A DNA stretch of 64,000 nucleotides from Lingula anatina (GCA_051362555.1 CM120642.1:2170001-2234000), one strand, 5' to 3'; positions 1-12,999 are shown, counted from the stretch's first letter. Notes: generated by a model from the letters alone, not told the origin. Translations and numbers: made by a program.

Positions 1-1204
1 TTTTTGAACTCAACCTGCGTTTTAGTAAGATTGACAACTTCTGTGAGTATAATGACAATTGGCCAATCCGTTTTTCTTATATTGTGTTATCAGTGTTGCA
101 TTTATATTGAAAAAAGTGAAAAAAACAGCATAAATTCCCTAAAAATGGCCCAATCATGCTGATTTTTGAACTTGACCTGCGTATTATGAATATTCATCAG
201 TTCTGTAAGTTTCAAGCCAAAAGGTAAAAGGGTTTTCCACTTATCGTGTTATCGGTGCTGTATATATGCTGAAAAAAGTGAAAAAAACAGCATAACTTCC
301 CTACAAGTGACCCGATCATGCTGATTTTCGAACTTGACCTGCGTATTATGAATATTCATCAGTTCTGTAAGTTTCAAGCCAAAAGGTGAAATGGTTTTCC
401 ACTTATCGTGTTATCGGTGCTGCATATATGATGAAAAAAGTGAAAAAACAGCATAACTTCCCAAAAAATGGCCCGATCATGCTGATTTTCGAACTTGACC
501 TGCGTATTATGAATATTCATCAGTATTGTAAGTTTCAAACCAAAAGGTAAAATGGTTTTCCACTCATCGTGTTATCGGTGCTGCATATATGCTGAAAAAA
601 GTGAAAAAACAGCATAACTTCCCTACAAGTGACCCGATCATGCTGATTTTCGAACTTGACCTGCATATTATAAATATTCATCAATTCTGTAAGTTTCAAG
701 CTGAAATAAAAAACAGTTTTCCACTTATCGTGTTATCGGTAAAAGTGCACGGCGACGACGGCAACGACGGCGACGGCGACGACAGACGCAGATGATGGCT
801 ATATGTACAGACACATCTGTGTCTGTACATAAAAACAGCATAAATTCCCTAATAGTGACCCGATCATGCTGATTTTCGAACTCGACCTGCGTATTATGAA
901 TATTCATCAGTTCTGTAAGTTTCAAGTCAAAAGGTAAAATGGTTTTCCACTTATCGTGTTATCGGTGCTGCATATATGCTGAAAAAAGTGAAAAAACAGC
1001 ATAAATTCCCTAATAGTGACCCGATCATGCTGATTTTCGAACTTGACCTGCGTATTATGAATATTCATCAGTTCTGCAAGTTTCAAGTCAAAAGGTAAAA
1101 TGGTTTTCCACTTATCGTGTTATCGGTAAAAGTGCACGGCGACGGCGACGACAGACGCAGATGATGGCTATATGTACAGACACATCTGTGTCTGTACATA
1201 AAAA
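1..1204 (+). mobile_element. Helentron/HINE-like non-autonomous element(s) with an internal ~180-bp tandem-repeat array
   Basis: About six ~180-bp units (CCCGATCATGCTGATTTTCGAACTTGACCTGCGTATTATGAATATTCATCAG...). Twice the array ends in a (GAC/GGC)n microsatellite, a perfect 14-bp hairpin TATGTACAGACACA-tc-TGTGTCTGTACATA (802-831, 1171-1200) and an A-run, the usual HINE/DINE-1-type end structure. Confidence 0.75.
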
Positions 1205-1903
1205 GGGGAGACATGAAAATAATTCATATGTAACATTTGCCAAATGCGCAGTTGTGCAAATAGTTTCAAACTGAAAAATCATCAAAAATATACCTTTTAA
1301 GTCATCAAGATTCATATCTCTCAATTTTGGTTTGAACAACTGAACTTCAAATAATTTTGATCTTCAATCAGAAAATAAGTTTAAATAAAGTTTCATTTTA
1401 TTTGGCAGTTATCTGCAAAATACAGAAGTGAGATGTTCCCATTTAGGCTGTGTACGTATTTCTGCAAGGACACATAATGCCAGGTCAGAAAATTTTCTTT
1501 CCTGCAACAGTCCTCAATTAAAAGTTGTCTTCTACACCTTTTGCCTTTTCTTAAATGCTATCAGTATTTATAATTAACATAATAATTAACATATCACAGT
1601 TTAAAACATTGTTAAAATCATCAACTTTTTAAGTTTTAACATTTTATTATTCCAAAAATGTCTAATGAATTTTAAATAAAATAACACTACAACACACAGA
1701 ACTTATGAAGAAATGCATATACTTGTTTTCATGTATCAGAAATATCTTAAAATAGCACAAATATATCCGAGTGAGTTTTTTCTCAAGGTTATTTTCGTCG
1801 ATGAGAGAGACTCAGAGAGAGAGGCCGAAGAGAGACCAGATAGAGAAAGATCAGATGGTACGGGTGCTTGAAGAAATGAGCTAAGTTAGCAGATCTGACT
1901 CAC

Positions 1904-2011
1904 CTTGTCTATAATTGCTTCAAGATTAGTCCTGTACCGTCGAGCCGATATGATAGTTCCATGAGCAATATACCTGGGATCCCGTTTACTGACTTCAAAC
2001 CTACCCGCCAT
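1904..2011 (-). CDS. First coding exon of a gene divergent from ETFDH; candidate Scm3/HJURP-like protein
   Basis: ATG in strong context (gagcATGG), 36 open codons MAGRFEVSKRDPRYIAHGTIISARRYRTNLEAIIDK, then a consensus donor AAG|GTGAGT (phase 0). No downstream exon found in the window. Confidence 0.6.
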
Positions 2012-2246
2012 GCTCCAAATTCGACCTTTGGACGCTACCAATGGGTACGCAATTTTTAACGACTTTATTTACTATGTATAATTGCAAATGTAATGGTTTG
2101 TATTGAACTGACTAAAATATGGACATATTTAGGAGGAAAATGTTTTACATTATTTGGTTTCAAATCAACTCAAGATGGTAATATTTATTCGGTATGTCGT
2201 AATATGTGACCTAATTTCCCCCAATACGTAACATTTACCAGAAAGG
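2012..2246. promoter_or_regulatory. Putative bidirectional promoter / 5' UTR interval
   Basis: Only 235 bp separate the divergent ATGs at 2011 (-) and 2247 (+). Contains CCAAT motifs and a YY1-like CAAGATGG. Confidence 0.5.
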
Positions 2247-5200
2247 ATGGCAGCGGTGTTGAAGAGGGGTGCAACATTTCGAGGTAATTTAACGAAAAAA
2301 AGATGACTTAAAAGTAAGCCAAATGTGTAACACACAGAGAGGTTATATGTGATGCCTAAATGAGGTAAATGAAGGCGTCATTCGAAATGTAAAATTTATT
2401 TACCATCACGTTCATTCCTCCTGGAAGTTTGTTGACGTTTGAGTCAGTTTGGGACGTTTACTGTTGAGACACAGGGCTGTTCTACCTGAGTGATCGCTTG
2501 TAATGTTGGTCAAGACGTGATGAATAGCAGGTTCGAGCCAGTGAAATTAGGTCAAGTTAACAAACGAGGCCTATTATTACTATCAACATTGTTTTCCTTA
2601 TTTTGATATCGGCTAACTGTAACAAATTAAGAAACGCCGGGTCAAATGAGGTCATTTATACTGATTATCATTTGTGAAATGAAATAACTTATATTTGAAA
2701 AATATTTTAACCTCCAAAACTTAATCTAAAATATATATGTAAATGGGCAAAGTTATTTTATGTAGACATTAAGATAAGAAAGATTAGTAGTTAGTTTATG
2801 AAGGTGTTTGGGGGGCACCTTGTATAACCAGTAGTAACTAGTGGGGACCAGTCTGTCCTTGTATAAACTAGCATTGTTGCTGGGTGGGAATGAAGGGGGG
2901 GTGGGGGGGGGGGCAGGGGCTGGGTGCTTTTACTTGTGAATATTTTTAATGAATAGATTAGTTGAACTAAATAAAATAACAGGTATGAAGCAAAGGAGAA
3001 CTGTTTAATTATATCCAAAGTATTTTACCAGCAGAGGTTTCTGTGCACACCTTTAGGGCCACTGCTTAGAAGACTTACTATTAACTGCACACCAGCACCA
3101 CAAAACCTACATTTTTATAATCAAATGACTTAATTCCCATGTAATTATTGTGTGTTTTCTGTTTAGTATTAAGGTATCTCCACAGACAGTATTCCACAGA
3201 GCAGGCTTTGCCAAAGATCACCACACATTACACAGTGGTGCCTAGGGAAATGGACCCAAGATGGAAAGGTGGGTTCACTGGGCAGATTGGCACTCCATAA
3301 GCAAAATATCAGGTTAACTGCATTTTTTTCTTGCAAATTTGCTGTAATATGGCTGAAAAGTATCAGCAATATTTTTTTCTTGCTGCAAACTTTTCATTTT
3401 GCTTAGGGAAGTGTGTTTACAACTACATGTACACAGAGAGAATGGTGACGGGTATTAAATGTTGTATTATGACTGTTGTTGACTTATCTTGTATCATGTT
3501 CACATTTCAGATATCTGTACATTTGACAGCTTTGCTGCCTTGATGTGTTTCAGATATCTCTATGGAGAGGTTTGCAGACGAGGCTGACGTAGTGATTGTC
3601 GGAGGAGGACCTGCAGGACTCGCAGCAGCCTGTCGAATAAAGCAGCTAGCCAATGAAAAAGGAACAGAAATCAGAGTTTGTGTTTTGGAAAAGGCTGCGG
3701 AAATAGGTGAAGCACCTGTTTTATAAAAGACTAATTCATATTTTTATGTAGTATTTATATTTTAAGTTTGTATGGGACTGAGGGTTATTATAATGATAAT
3801 AATTCTCAATAGAATATTTTTATGTCTGATGACAGTTTTATTATATAGATGCTTTGACATTGTGACTAGGATAAGACTGGGGCCAGCAGCATTTAAGTGA
3901 AATCAAGCAGGCAAATTACTTAGAAATGTGCTAAACACTGTATCCATCTCTTTCAAAAATGAATTTTTTTCTCAGTTTGATTTGCATCCTTGAATAACTT
4001 TGTTATTTGCCTAAGTAACCTTGTCCTTGTACCTTAACTTTTGATGTTGTCAAATGTGAATATTGTCGAAAATTTTTTTCGTTGAAGAGCAGTTTTACAA
4101 TTACTTCTTATAAACTACTTTGAATTAGACAGAATATTACTGTTTATGAATGTAGTGACTGAATGAGATTTTCTCCAACATACAACTAAGTTGTAGTCAA
4201 CTGTCATTCCAGGCGGCCACACCCTCTCAGGAGCATGTATAGAGCCCAAGGCAATAGAAGAACTCTTCCCTGACTGGAAAGAAAGAGGGGTAGGTGCCCT
4301 CAAACTGCTCAATATGACTGAAACTATGTACAGCATGTTGCATATGGCTGGGCATTGAGTAAAACAATTGCTGATAATACCAGAAATTCCCTTAGCTAAA
4401 TTTTTGTAAGAAATGATTTAAATTGTGTATGTGTATTTGAATAAAGAGAAAATGTTTTCCACTTTTGTCATGCTGGTGTCACAGTGGTGTGTGTGTGTAT
4501 GGGTGTATGTGTGTGTTTTTGTTCCAAATTATGCAGTAGCTTAAAGTCATAATAACTCTTCGTTTTGGCCAAAAATTGGATTTTCCTGGAGTAAACGGCA
4601 ATTTTCCCGTACTCACCAATGGTCGGCGACCCCATTCCTGCATTCAAAGTTAATCCAGGGTTTTTTTCCTAAACGTACGTTTTTTTGTTAAAATCTCTTA
4701 AGTGATTTTAACTGACGGAGCCCTCTCTAACATAGCATATCGAGCGGGGTTTTCTGATGACCTACTTAAAACCACGGGAAAAGCAGACAACAACAACACT
4801 TTATTGCAATAAAATAAGATTCATACGATATAATCGTCTTAATTGCTCATATTCACAACGTGTGCAGTTCTGGGCTTTTTGTTATCCGACACACTGTACA
4901 AAAACTAGCAACTTACGTCTGAGGATTGTGTCATGCGCCTCTGTTATTTTGGTTTCGACTGCACGCGAGAATCCGCGTGATGCGCCAAAATCCTTGGCAA
5001 CGAATGCCTTGATGACCGGGAAAAAAGGCACCGAAAGCCCTATTGACAAGCAGAGTTTTTAGTTTTACTACAATAACAGCCGTTTTAGTGGTGAAATGCA
5101 ATATAATATATTTCCGTGTGTTGTTTAGAATGTATTTCTTGCGAATTTTGAATCTCAAAGGAAGAGTTATTATTGCTTTAATAAAAAGCACCATTTGATT

Positions 5201-6304
5201 ACTGGTATGTTATTTTGTAACAGAAACAACTTTTTATGAAGTTGGTATACCAAAACTCCATGACAGTATGTGTATCTATACATATGCTAAACAACAACAA
5301 AATAAAAACAAACTGTAAAATTGATTGTTATTTGTACTTGGTCTTAGTTGTAGAATTGTGTTAATCTATATCTTTGGTGTCATTATACAGGCTCCTTTCC
5401 ACACCCCAGTAACAGAAGACAAATTTTCTTTTTTGACTAAATCTTCCAGGATACCTATTCCTGTATTTAGAGGTTAGTGTATTACTCACAGTAAAAGCTT
5501 TCATTTCATAATCCTTGAGAATTACAAGGGTTAATACATTTCTTCCTTTTCATATGAAAAAAAATATATTTGTAATCTTTCCAATATCTGTTTTATTTTT
5601 CTTAACATTTGTAATAATATTATAATTTTATTTTAAAGATGTTAGTTTTTAGAAATCTCGAAAATTAAAAAATGTATTACGCCTAATAAATAAAATGTAT
5701 TAGGAATCCACATACATCCATTTGTTAGTTCATATTATGTAGCCATGTTCTGTCCAATCCAGGGATGCCGATGGATAACCATGGTAACTATATAGTCAGA
5801 CTGGGTAATGTAGTTCGCTGGCTAGGAGAGCAGGCAGAAGAGTTAGGAGTAGAGGTCTACCCTGGATTTGCTGCTTCTGAGGTATTTCATTACAAAGAAT
5901 TTTCTCCTTCATCTCCAGAGATTCTTATTACTTTGTAGATTAGTTCATATCTAGACTATTTACTATTGGGTTTACTTTGATTTAATCTGTAAGGTTTGAC
6001 TCCAACATTAAAAGCAAAGGGGGCAATTATTGGGACATATTAAAGCAATGCTCCATACAAGTTAAAAGCCTCACATTAAAACACTCCAAAACTTTATATA
6101 ACACTGCATAATAACCTTGTTGCAGGTTTTGTTCCATGAGGATGGTAGTGTTAGAGGTATAGCAACCAATGATGTGGGGATTTACAAGGATGGATCCCCT
6201 AAGGTAATTGAAATTTAAATTCTTAAAATTGCAGTGAACATTAGATGATAGGATATTTGCCTACTTACCACAGCTATTGCCTTTATTTTCTTTGACGTTA
6301 AAGG

Positions 6305-6359
<55 letters not shown>

Positions 6360-8703
6360 CATCTCCATATTACTCTGTAGTCCATAGTAACTGTATAATT
6401 TATAATAATGTCTACTCTTTCAACTCTTTCAATATATTTTTTAATACAGTGTAGATGTCTGTTTTCTGATCTTGCATATGTTTTACATATTTTCTGTTTA
6501 GGAATCTTTTGAAAGAGGCATGGAGTTTCAGGCCAAATGTACCATATTTGCTGAGGGTTGTCACGGCCATCTTTCCAAACAACTTTTTAATAAGTTTGAT
6601 CTCAGGAAGGACTGTGAACCACAGACGTACGCCATTGGTCTCAAGGAATTATGGGAAGTGACACCAGAACAGCATCATCCTGGGCGAGTAGAACACACCG
6701 TAGGATGGCCTTTGGTAATGTCATCTTATATCTCATCTTATATCACTTGTAATATTTTTATATGTTTAATAGATTTTGCTGTTGTTCTGATTTTAAAATC
6801 AGTATTTTATCATATTTCACTTCTTTCAAAATTTCATTGAAATTCCCTATCAGTTGCCACAAGTATCTTACATTGAAATTGTTTTTTTGTTTTTTTTTTA
6901 ATTTGTTTAAGAAACAACTTTTGTTAATAAGAAACATTTGCTCAAACCAGTTTAATGAGATTACCTAACACAAAGTAGTTTCATATGTGACATTCAACTG
7001 AGCTAAATCCCTGTTCCTGTTTCCAGGACCGTAACACATACGGAGGTTCTTTTATATATCACTTAGGAGAGGACGCCCCACTAGTATCAGTAGGATATGT
7101 GGTAAGACCACCACTTGCTGCCCATGATTATACTGCTTTTAATCATTTATTTATTTATGGTAAACTTCAAGTATTATTTACAGTGAATCTTTTACTGCTC
7201 GAGTTAGTCAAGTTTGATGTGAAGGACCTATAAAAAAGTTGTTTTGTGACAATTGAGCTTGTTGAATTGCCTGATTTAAACAGTGCATACAGTTGATAAG
7301 AAGTAAGCCACTGTTTTTATGATCATGATTGATTTTGTTCAAAGTCTGATATATTTAATATTTTCAGGTTGCTCTAGATTATGAAAATCCATACATCAGT
7401 CCTTTCAAGGAGTTTCAGAGGTTTAAGCATCACCCTTACATAGAGAAGATATTTAAGGGAGGCAAGAGGCTGGCCTATGGAGCTAGAGCTCTGAATGAGG
7501 GTGGGATACAGGTAAGTGTAAAATTCACTAGTCTTGTATGTGCACGCAGACATGCACACGAACACTCACACTCGGGTTGCATTTCATGGTAACAATTATG
7601 GTTGTATGGTTTTAGCTCATAATTTACTATTGAAATATAAATTTCTTGCAATTGAAAAAAAAAATGTGAATTATTTTTGAACTTCTTACAGATATTCCAG
7701 GATTGTCAAAAATGCACAAATAATTGTGCCCCTTCACATCATTGCGTATACAAATGCCTTATTCATTAATATTTTTCCTTTCCTTTCCTATAGAATTTAA
7801 TATTTTTGCAAATAAAAAGGGAAGAAATCCTCAAATGGGAGGAGGCTCTTCCCCCTGTATTAAGATATAAATTTCTCTGACCATGGTCTTTCCCCTGTAT
7901 TAAGATATAAATTCCTCTGACTATGGTCACTATCATTCCAGAGTGTACCGCGGCTGACATTTCCAGGTGGTTGTATAGTGGGCTGTGCGGCCGGGTTTAT
8001 CAACGTCCCCAAGGTCAAGGGTTCCCACAATGCCGTGGCCAGTGGAAGGATGGCGGGAGAGGCTGTGTTTGACGTGATTACAGATGAGAACCACAAGTCA
8101 GAGACGGCAGGTAATAAATGTGTAAAATTCATTGGGAACTCTCTGAATCATATTGTGATATTGGTATTTTCATGGTAAGTTGTGATTTTGATAGTAACCA
8201 AGTTAGATAGAATGGATGTGAACTTATTTTACAAGACATCTTAAGGGTAGGTTATATGGTTGTGTCTGATTAATGAATGTGATTTTGAACAAAGCAAATA
8301 TTTAGATGTTAATATATAATATTGTCATTTTTAAGTTGGCAAGACTTGAAACTCATTTTAATTCAAAGGTGCACTTCTTTAATTATAATTCAAAGCATGA
8401 ATTAGTAAATTGAACATGTACAGTTGAATTGCAGTTAATTTCATTGTTTTTTAATTAATTGCTTTATATTACAATGAAAATAGGACTTGAACCATTGGCT
8501 TATGAACAGCGCCTTAGGGACAGTTGGGTGTGGAAAGAATTGTATGCAGTGAGGAACGTCCGCCCCTCTTTCCACTCACCCCTGGGGTTATATGGGGGTA
8601 TGGCCTATACTGGACTGTTCTGTGTACTGTTGAGAGGCAAGGAACCCTGGACACTCTCACACGGAGGTATGCACAGCGTGTGTGTGTGTGTGTGTTTGTG
8701 TGC

Positions 8704-8736
<33 letters not shown>

Positions 8737-9874
8737 TGAGAGAGATGAAAGATGCACATAAGTTTAGCAATGCGATGGAATCATCAGTTTTATGTGGAAA
8801 GGAATGTTGTGGTTGTGATTCTTTGGAGAAAAACACTTGACTTGAGGTTGTGACCACTGCTTTTGTATGAGTCAAGTCCAAGAGTCTTTGATTTGGAGGT
8901 TGTTAGAATTGAAATATTGGATATGGCTTTGCAAAAATTTGTTTGGCAACAGATACGCACAACTAAAGTAGATATGGAAAAAAAAGATTTTAAGTTTTAG
9001 TACACATTTTCTCCATCATATTCAAAGGTGCAGACCACAGTCGACTTAAACCAGCTAAAGAGTTCAAAGAGATTGAGTACCCTAAGCCTGACGGTGAGAT
9101 CAGTTTTGACCTCCTCAGCTCAGTGGCGCTAACAGGAACCAATCATGACCATGACCAGCCTGCTCATCTTACCCTCATGGACGACTCTGTACCTGTCAAT
9201 ACTAACCTGGCGACATATGACGGACCAGAACAGAGGTTTTGTCCTGCAGGTAAGGGATAGCATGATATTTTTTTAAAACAATTTTTGTTCCTATTAAAAG
9301 GATATCAGATGTAATAGAAATTTAGAATCGTTAATTTTCCATTTGGTAGGTGATAGTTTAGTATTGTTTTTGCAATTTGGTGTTGAGGTTTCATTTTATG
9401 GTCAAAAGTAATAGAGAAATAATTAAAAAAAAAAAAAAGAGAGAACCATTGCGTTTCATTTGCATTGCATATTATAGACAATGTAAATAGACAGAAATCT
9501 ACTCTCCAGAAATTGAACTGAAACCTCTTTAAAAGTATACATTAAAAGAAATTTGTTTGAATTCGAATGATTAAATTAAAATGCTACTTGGCACCTTTTC
9601 TTCTTGATGATATATTTAAAGATTTCCACCTTGCAAATGTAAGATAATGATAGAGGCTTTGGTAAATAACGATGTTTTTTTGTTTTTTTTTTCATTTAAT
9701 AATCCTCCAGGAGTATATGAATATGTGGAGACAGAAGACGGGTCAGGAAAAAGACTACAGATCAACGCACAAAATTGTATCCACTGTAAAACTTGTGACA
9801 TTAAGGACCCCACTCAGAACATCAACTGGGTGACCCCCCAGGGGGGAGAGGGGCCTGCATATAATGGCATGTAG
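2247..9874 (+). CDS. ETFDH: Electron transfer flavoprotein-ubiquinone oxidoreductase, mitochondrial (~605 aa, 14 coding exons)
   Basis: Exons 2247-2283, 3167-3268, 3554-3706, 4213-4289, 5391-5472, 5763-5881, 6126-6203, 6502-6714, 7027-7101, 7368-7511, 7942-8110, 8484-8666, 9028-9249, 9711-9874; all GT-AG, total 1818 nt in frame. Motifs: ITTHYT, FAD-binding [43 protein letters not shown], 4Fe-4[18 protein letters not shown]-terminal [10 protein letters not shown]. Confidence 0.97.
3295..3408. mobile_element. Small MITE in ETFDH intron 2 (TTGCTGCAAA family)
   Basis: Inverted ends CCATAAGCAAAAT / ATTTTGCTTAGGG. Internal TTCTTGCAAATTTGCTG motifs are shared with 30916-31056 and ~36955-37020. Confidence 0.55.
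4545..5177. mobile_element. Kolobok-type non-autonomous DNA transposon in ETFDH intron 4
   Basis: TTAA on both flanks (4541-4544, 5178-5181); TIRs AGTCATAATAACTCTTC / GAAGAGTTATTATTGCT with AG...CT ends. Confidence 0.75.
6307..6356. repeat. (CA)n microsatellite
   Basis: Direct observation, ETFDH intron 7. Confidence 0.95.
8678..8745. repeat. (TG)n(AG)n compound microsatellite
   Basis: Direct observation, ETFDH intron 12. Confidence 0.9.
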
Positions 9875-9910
9875 GACCCAGGGGTGGAACACTGGGGATG
9901 GGGGGGGGGG

Positions 9911-10115
9911 GACTTGTATAATGGACCAAGGCAGAAAGTGAGTCAGTGAACACATCAGGGTGAAAGACATGGATAAAAGAGTATACTGAGGGGAGACTAC
10001 ACCACAATATGGAGATGGATGCATATTAACATATTGTATAGTATTTCTTTGAACAGTTATGATCCATTTTCATGATGAAATATTAATTAGGGTCTAAGTA
10101 ATAATGCATGTGTCA
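9911..10115 (+). repeat. ~200-bp block in the ETFDH 3' UTR region, with a direct copy at 28179-28384
   Basis: GTATAATGG(A/G)CCAAGGCAGAAA...CATCAGGGTGAAAGACATGG...GGGGAGACTACACCACAATATGGAGAT...ATGAAATATTAATTAGG...CATGTGTCAA occurs in both places. Confidence 0.9.
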
Positions 10116-11196
10116 AGTTTTGGATTGAGGAACATCTCACAAACTGTTTGAGAGGGAGACACTTTGTAACAAGTTGTAATTAGGATAAGAAAATGGATGC
10201 CCGTTATCTTGGATGCTATTGTTTGATATTGAATGAACAATGTGAATTTCAAATTCAATGACTATTTTATGTTTGCATGATGTTGTAAGAAAGTTCAATT
10301 TTCTGTTATATTCCAATTTTATAATACATACTCTGTATCGCCCATTATAAATATGATAAAGTTTTTTTCAATAGATATGCATTAATGTTAAATTGTTCTC
10401 GAATAAGTAGATATTTTAGTGAAAGGATGTGATTGAAAAGTTAAATTAAACACTAATAAGATGAAGTCAATAAAACAAACTCGATGGAATTTTATCATTT
10501 TATCATTATTAAAATTAAAAAAATTGCGTTTGATGATTAGTAAGAGTAAGGGTGGGCGGGTCAGTAACGGCGCAGTCGGTAGCATGCAAGGCTGCAAAAA
10601 CAAATCCGATTCGGTGGGTTAATCAGCAAGAAAAGTTTTTTTTTTCAGAAGTCACGTTGCCGCTCGCTATTACTTAACCCATTTCACCATTGCTTTTGTG
10701 CTCTTTCCCTCTTGAACCCCTAATTATCAAGACTGTTCGGATGATCATACAGTACCCGGGGCAACTCCACAGTCGTCACTTCAAACGGCAAAGACTGCTC
10801 AAAACTAAAACCGTCAAGGTGTGAACCGCTTTGGCTATCGATTTTAACTGCAGATATAGACGTGTATATCCAAATTACCCTGAGTGTCAGAGCAACGTAA
10901 AAATTAGCTTGTAAATATTAAATATACCTTGGAGTCATTTTTACTAGCTCTGAAGAACAGCGGCCATGTTAGGCTTCCGTCAATCAAATAGAACTGCTCC
11001 GCAGTGAATCTGCAGTTGAATGTCATCAGACCAAAATGAAACGTGAATTGAGTCAATAGATTATTTTCACATAAAGAGATAGCGAATTCTCAATTATTAT
11101 TTTCATTTCAATGTTTATTAATAGCATGCATTCAGCTGACAAAGTGACATTTTTGGTTCCACCAGAGGAATAAAGTAGGGCGCTTACCAGAATTAA

Positions 11197-12579
11197 AGGC
11201 CTACTGTGCTCTAGGAACACAGAGCGTTCACTGCTTTTTTTACAGTATAAAAACTATAAATCGACATCAAAAAATTGTTCTTTTTAAGTTTTAGAGGGAA
11301 AAGATGAGATTTAGATGAGAAAATTCTGATTGGTCAGTTTCTAGTGACGTAACCTGGGTAGTAGCTTCCCACAGCTGTACTAGTAATAGTATAAACTATG
11401 CAATAGGTGACTAAACATCCAGGTGTCAGAAAAACAAAATGCCGCAAAGTTGTGTTGCTCCCGGGTGCCGTAATGTAGGTTACGATAAGAAAGACATCTG
11501 CTATTATATCCTGCATGCGGATGCCGCAAAACGTAAAATTTGGCTCAATTCTCTAAAGTTAAAAAATCCCAGCACAGTGTCAAAACACGCGAGGATCTGT
11601 AGCGACCACTTCGAGCCGGAATGCTTCGTACGTGACCTGTGAGCTGAATTGTGCGGTGGAAAAGCACGGAGAAAACTAAAAGATGATGCTGTACCCAGTA
11701 TATTCGATTTTTCGGAGTACCAAAATGCGACAGTAAATGCCAGAGCGCTGCCGACGAGAGTCTTACCTGTAGGATGTGTGCATGATGCGGCCGTTGAAAG
11801 GAAGAAGAGAGCAGCTTCTAGAGCCCAAAAAAAGTTCGTAGCAGAGGTACGTTGTCGAATTTTTTGGTTATGTTAGTGAAAACTTTAATATTAACATGAT
11901 AGTGGAATCAATTTGTTATTTGACATACTGCTGCACTGATCACGTGTAAGGCGGAAGTAGCGGGGTAAGTTGCAGAGGTGTGAAATGTAGTGTCCGATGC
12001 TATCAGTCCGATATCTTTGGCCTTTTGTCCACTGACCTGGCTCTCCCGGAATGACACTGGTAAACTGCACGGGTGTGAAAAATAATGTTAGCTGTCACAC
12101 CTGCATGTATTAGGTAACTTTCTCTTATCAGTCGGGATAAGAACGTTCAGCCGACGCGACAGATGGGCATGTGTGAAAATCTATTGTTCGCTGCCCTGCT
12201 TCCAAACCTTTACTGTTAACATAGTTTTGGTGTATTTTGTTGGTTAATAAATGATAACCACGTAGGGAATTCATCTTCTTTTGTGTATCTATCCTTCAAT
12301 TCGTTCTCTGTTCATTTTTACAAAATAGTTCAGACAAAGCGATCGAGTAAATGTAAGTAAGCGGATAGCTGAATCGAATATGGCTTTCTGAGCCTCGACG
12401 CAAGTGACGTCACTCACCTCAAAGCGCCACCACGCGGGAGTATCGTAAACTACATTCACACCTGCATGAAATCGGCTTTAAAAACTAAATAAACGTAAGA
12501 ACTTTTTTTTCATTACTCAAAAATGACTTTTGGGCACCTAATGGATAGTTTTAACCCGTTTTTTCATCACAGTATACCT
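11197..12579 (+). mobile_element. Kolobok-type DNA transposon derivative carrying a THAP-domain remnant
   Basis: TTAA flanks (11193-11196, 12580-12583); TIRs AGGCCTACTGTG / CACAGTATACCT; encloses the THAP frame. Confidence 0.8.
11439..11846 (+). pseudogene. THAP zinc-finger exon of a transposase, with an in-frame stop
   Basis: MPQSCVAPGC...W...ICSDHFEPECF...LKDDAVPSIF is a C2CH THAP signature with AVP box. TGA at 11640-11642 interrupts a continuous frame. Donor GAG|GTACGT near 11846. Confidence 0.85.
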
Positions 12580-12999
12580 TTAAAGACGAGTTGCGTAAGA
12601 TGCCAAGCCCAATGAAGTTAATTCACTCTGACCCGAGATATTACTTCCATCATGCTCAATTCACATACGGTTTGTACGAACGTTCGTTGTATATGACTCG
12701 TTAAGTCCCCGTACCATCTTATCCACATGTTTTGAAAGTTATAATTTACGAAGGAATTACATTTCCAGTTCCGCTTAATCAATCCACAAATCACGCATCT
12801 CAAATCTTCTACCTTTCCAAGTATTTTGCAATTACAAAAGATTGGCAACATTATGCTATTCTTGACGAATTTATTTGACGACATTGCAAAGGTAGCCATT
12901 TTAAACTTTGCAGTTATAATATCCCACTGTCTGTTACTCAGCCAGACTGTACTCTTGCACTGTTTTTAGGAATTTCATATGGAATTCAGTTGCTTTGTT

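Noticed and set aside
1-1204. CRISPR-like array or coding ORFs (589-795, 725-925, 1112-1339)
   Set aside because: Units are ~180-bp tandem copies with no unique spacers, the context is eukaryotic, and the ORFs are chance frames in repeats.
7845-7930. 41-bp tandem duplication just before ETFDH exon 11
   Set aside because: A local intronic duplication that leaves the CCAG acceptor intact; no evidence of function.
8514-8881. His/Thr- and Cys/Val-rich ORFs (also 14009-14260, 43165-43569)
   Set aside because: They are translations of dinucleotide microsatellites.
10925-10968. Minus-strand ATGGCCGCTGTTCTT (MAAVL), echoing the ETFDH N-terminus
   Set aside because: The frame stops after 7 codons and nucleotide similarity is weak; probably a YY1-like AACATGGC motif or chance.
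11640-11642. In-frame TGA in the THAP frame as selenocysteine or readthrough
   Set aside because: The position is not a THAP Cys ligand, CGA>TGA decay in a transposon remnant is simpler, and I saw no SECIS-like structure.
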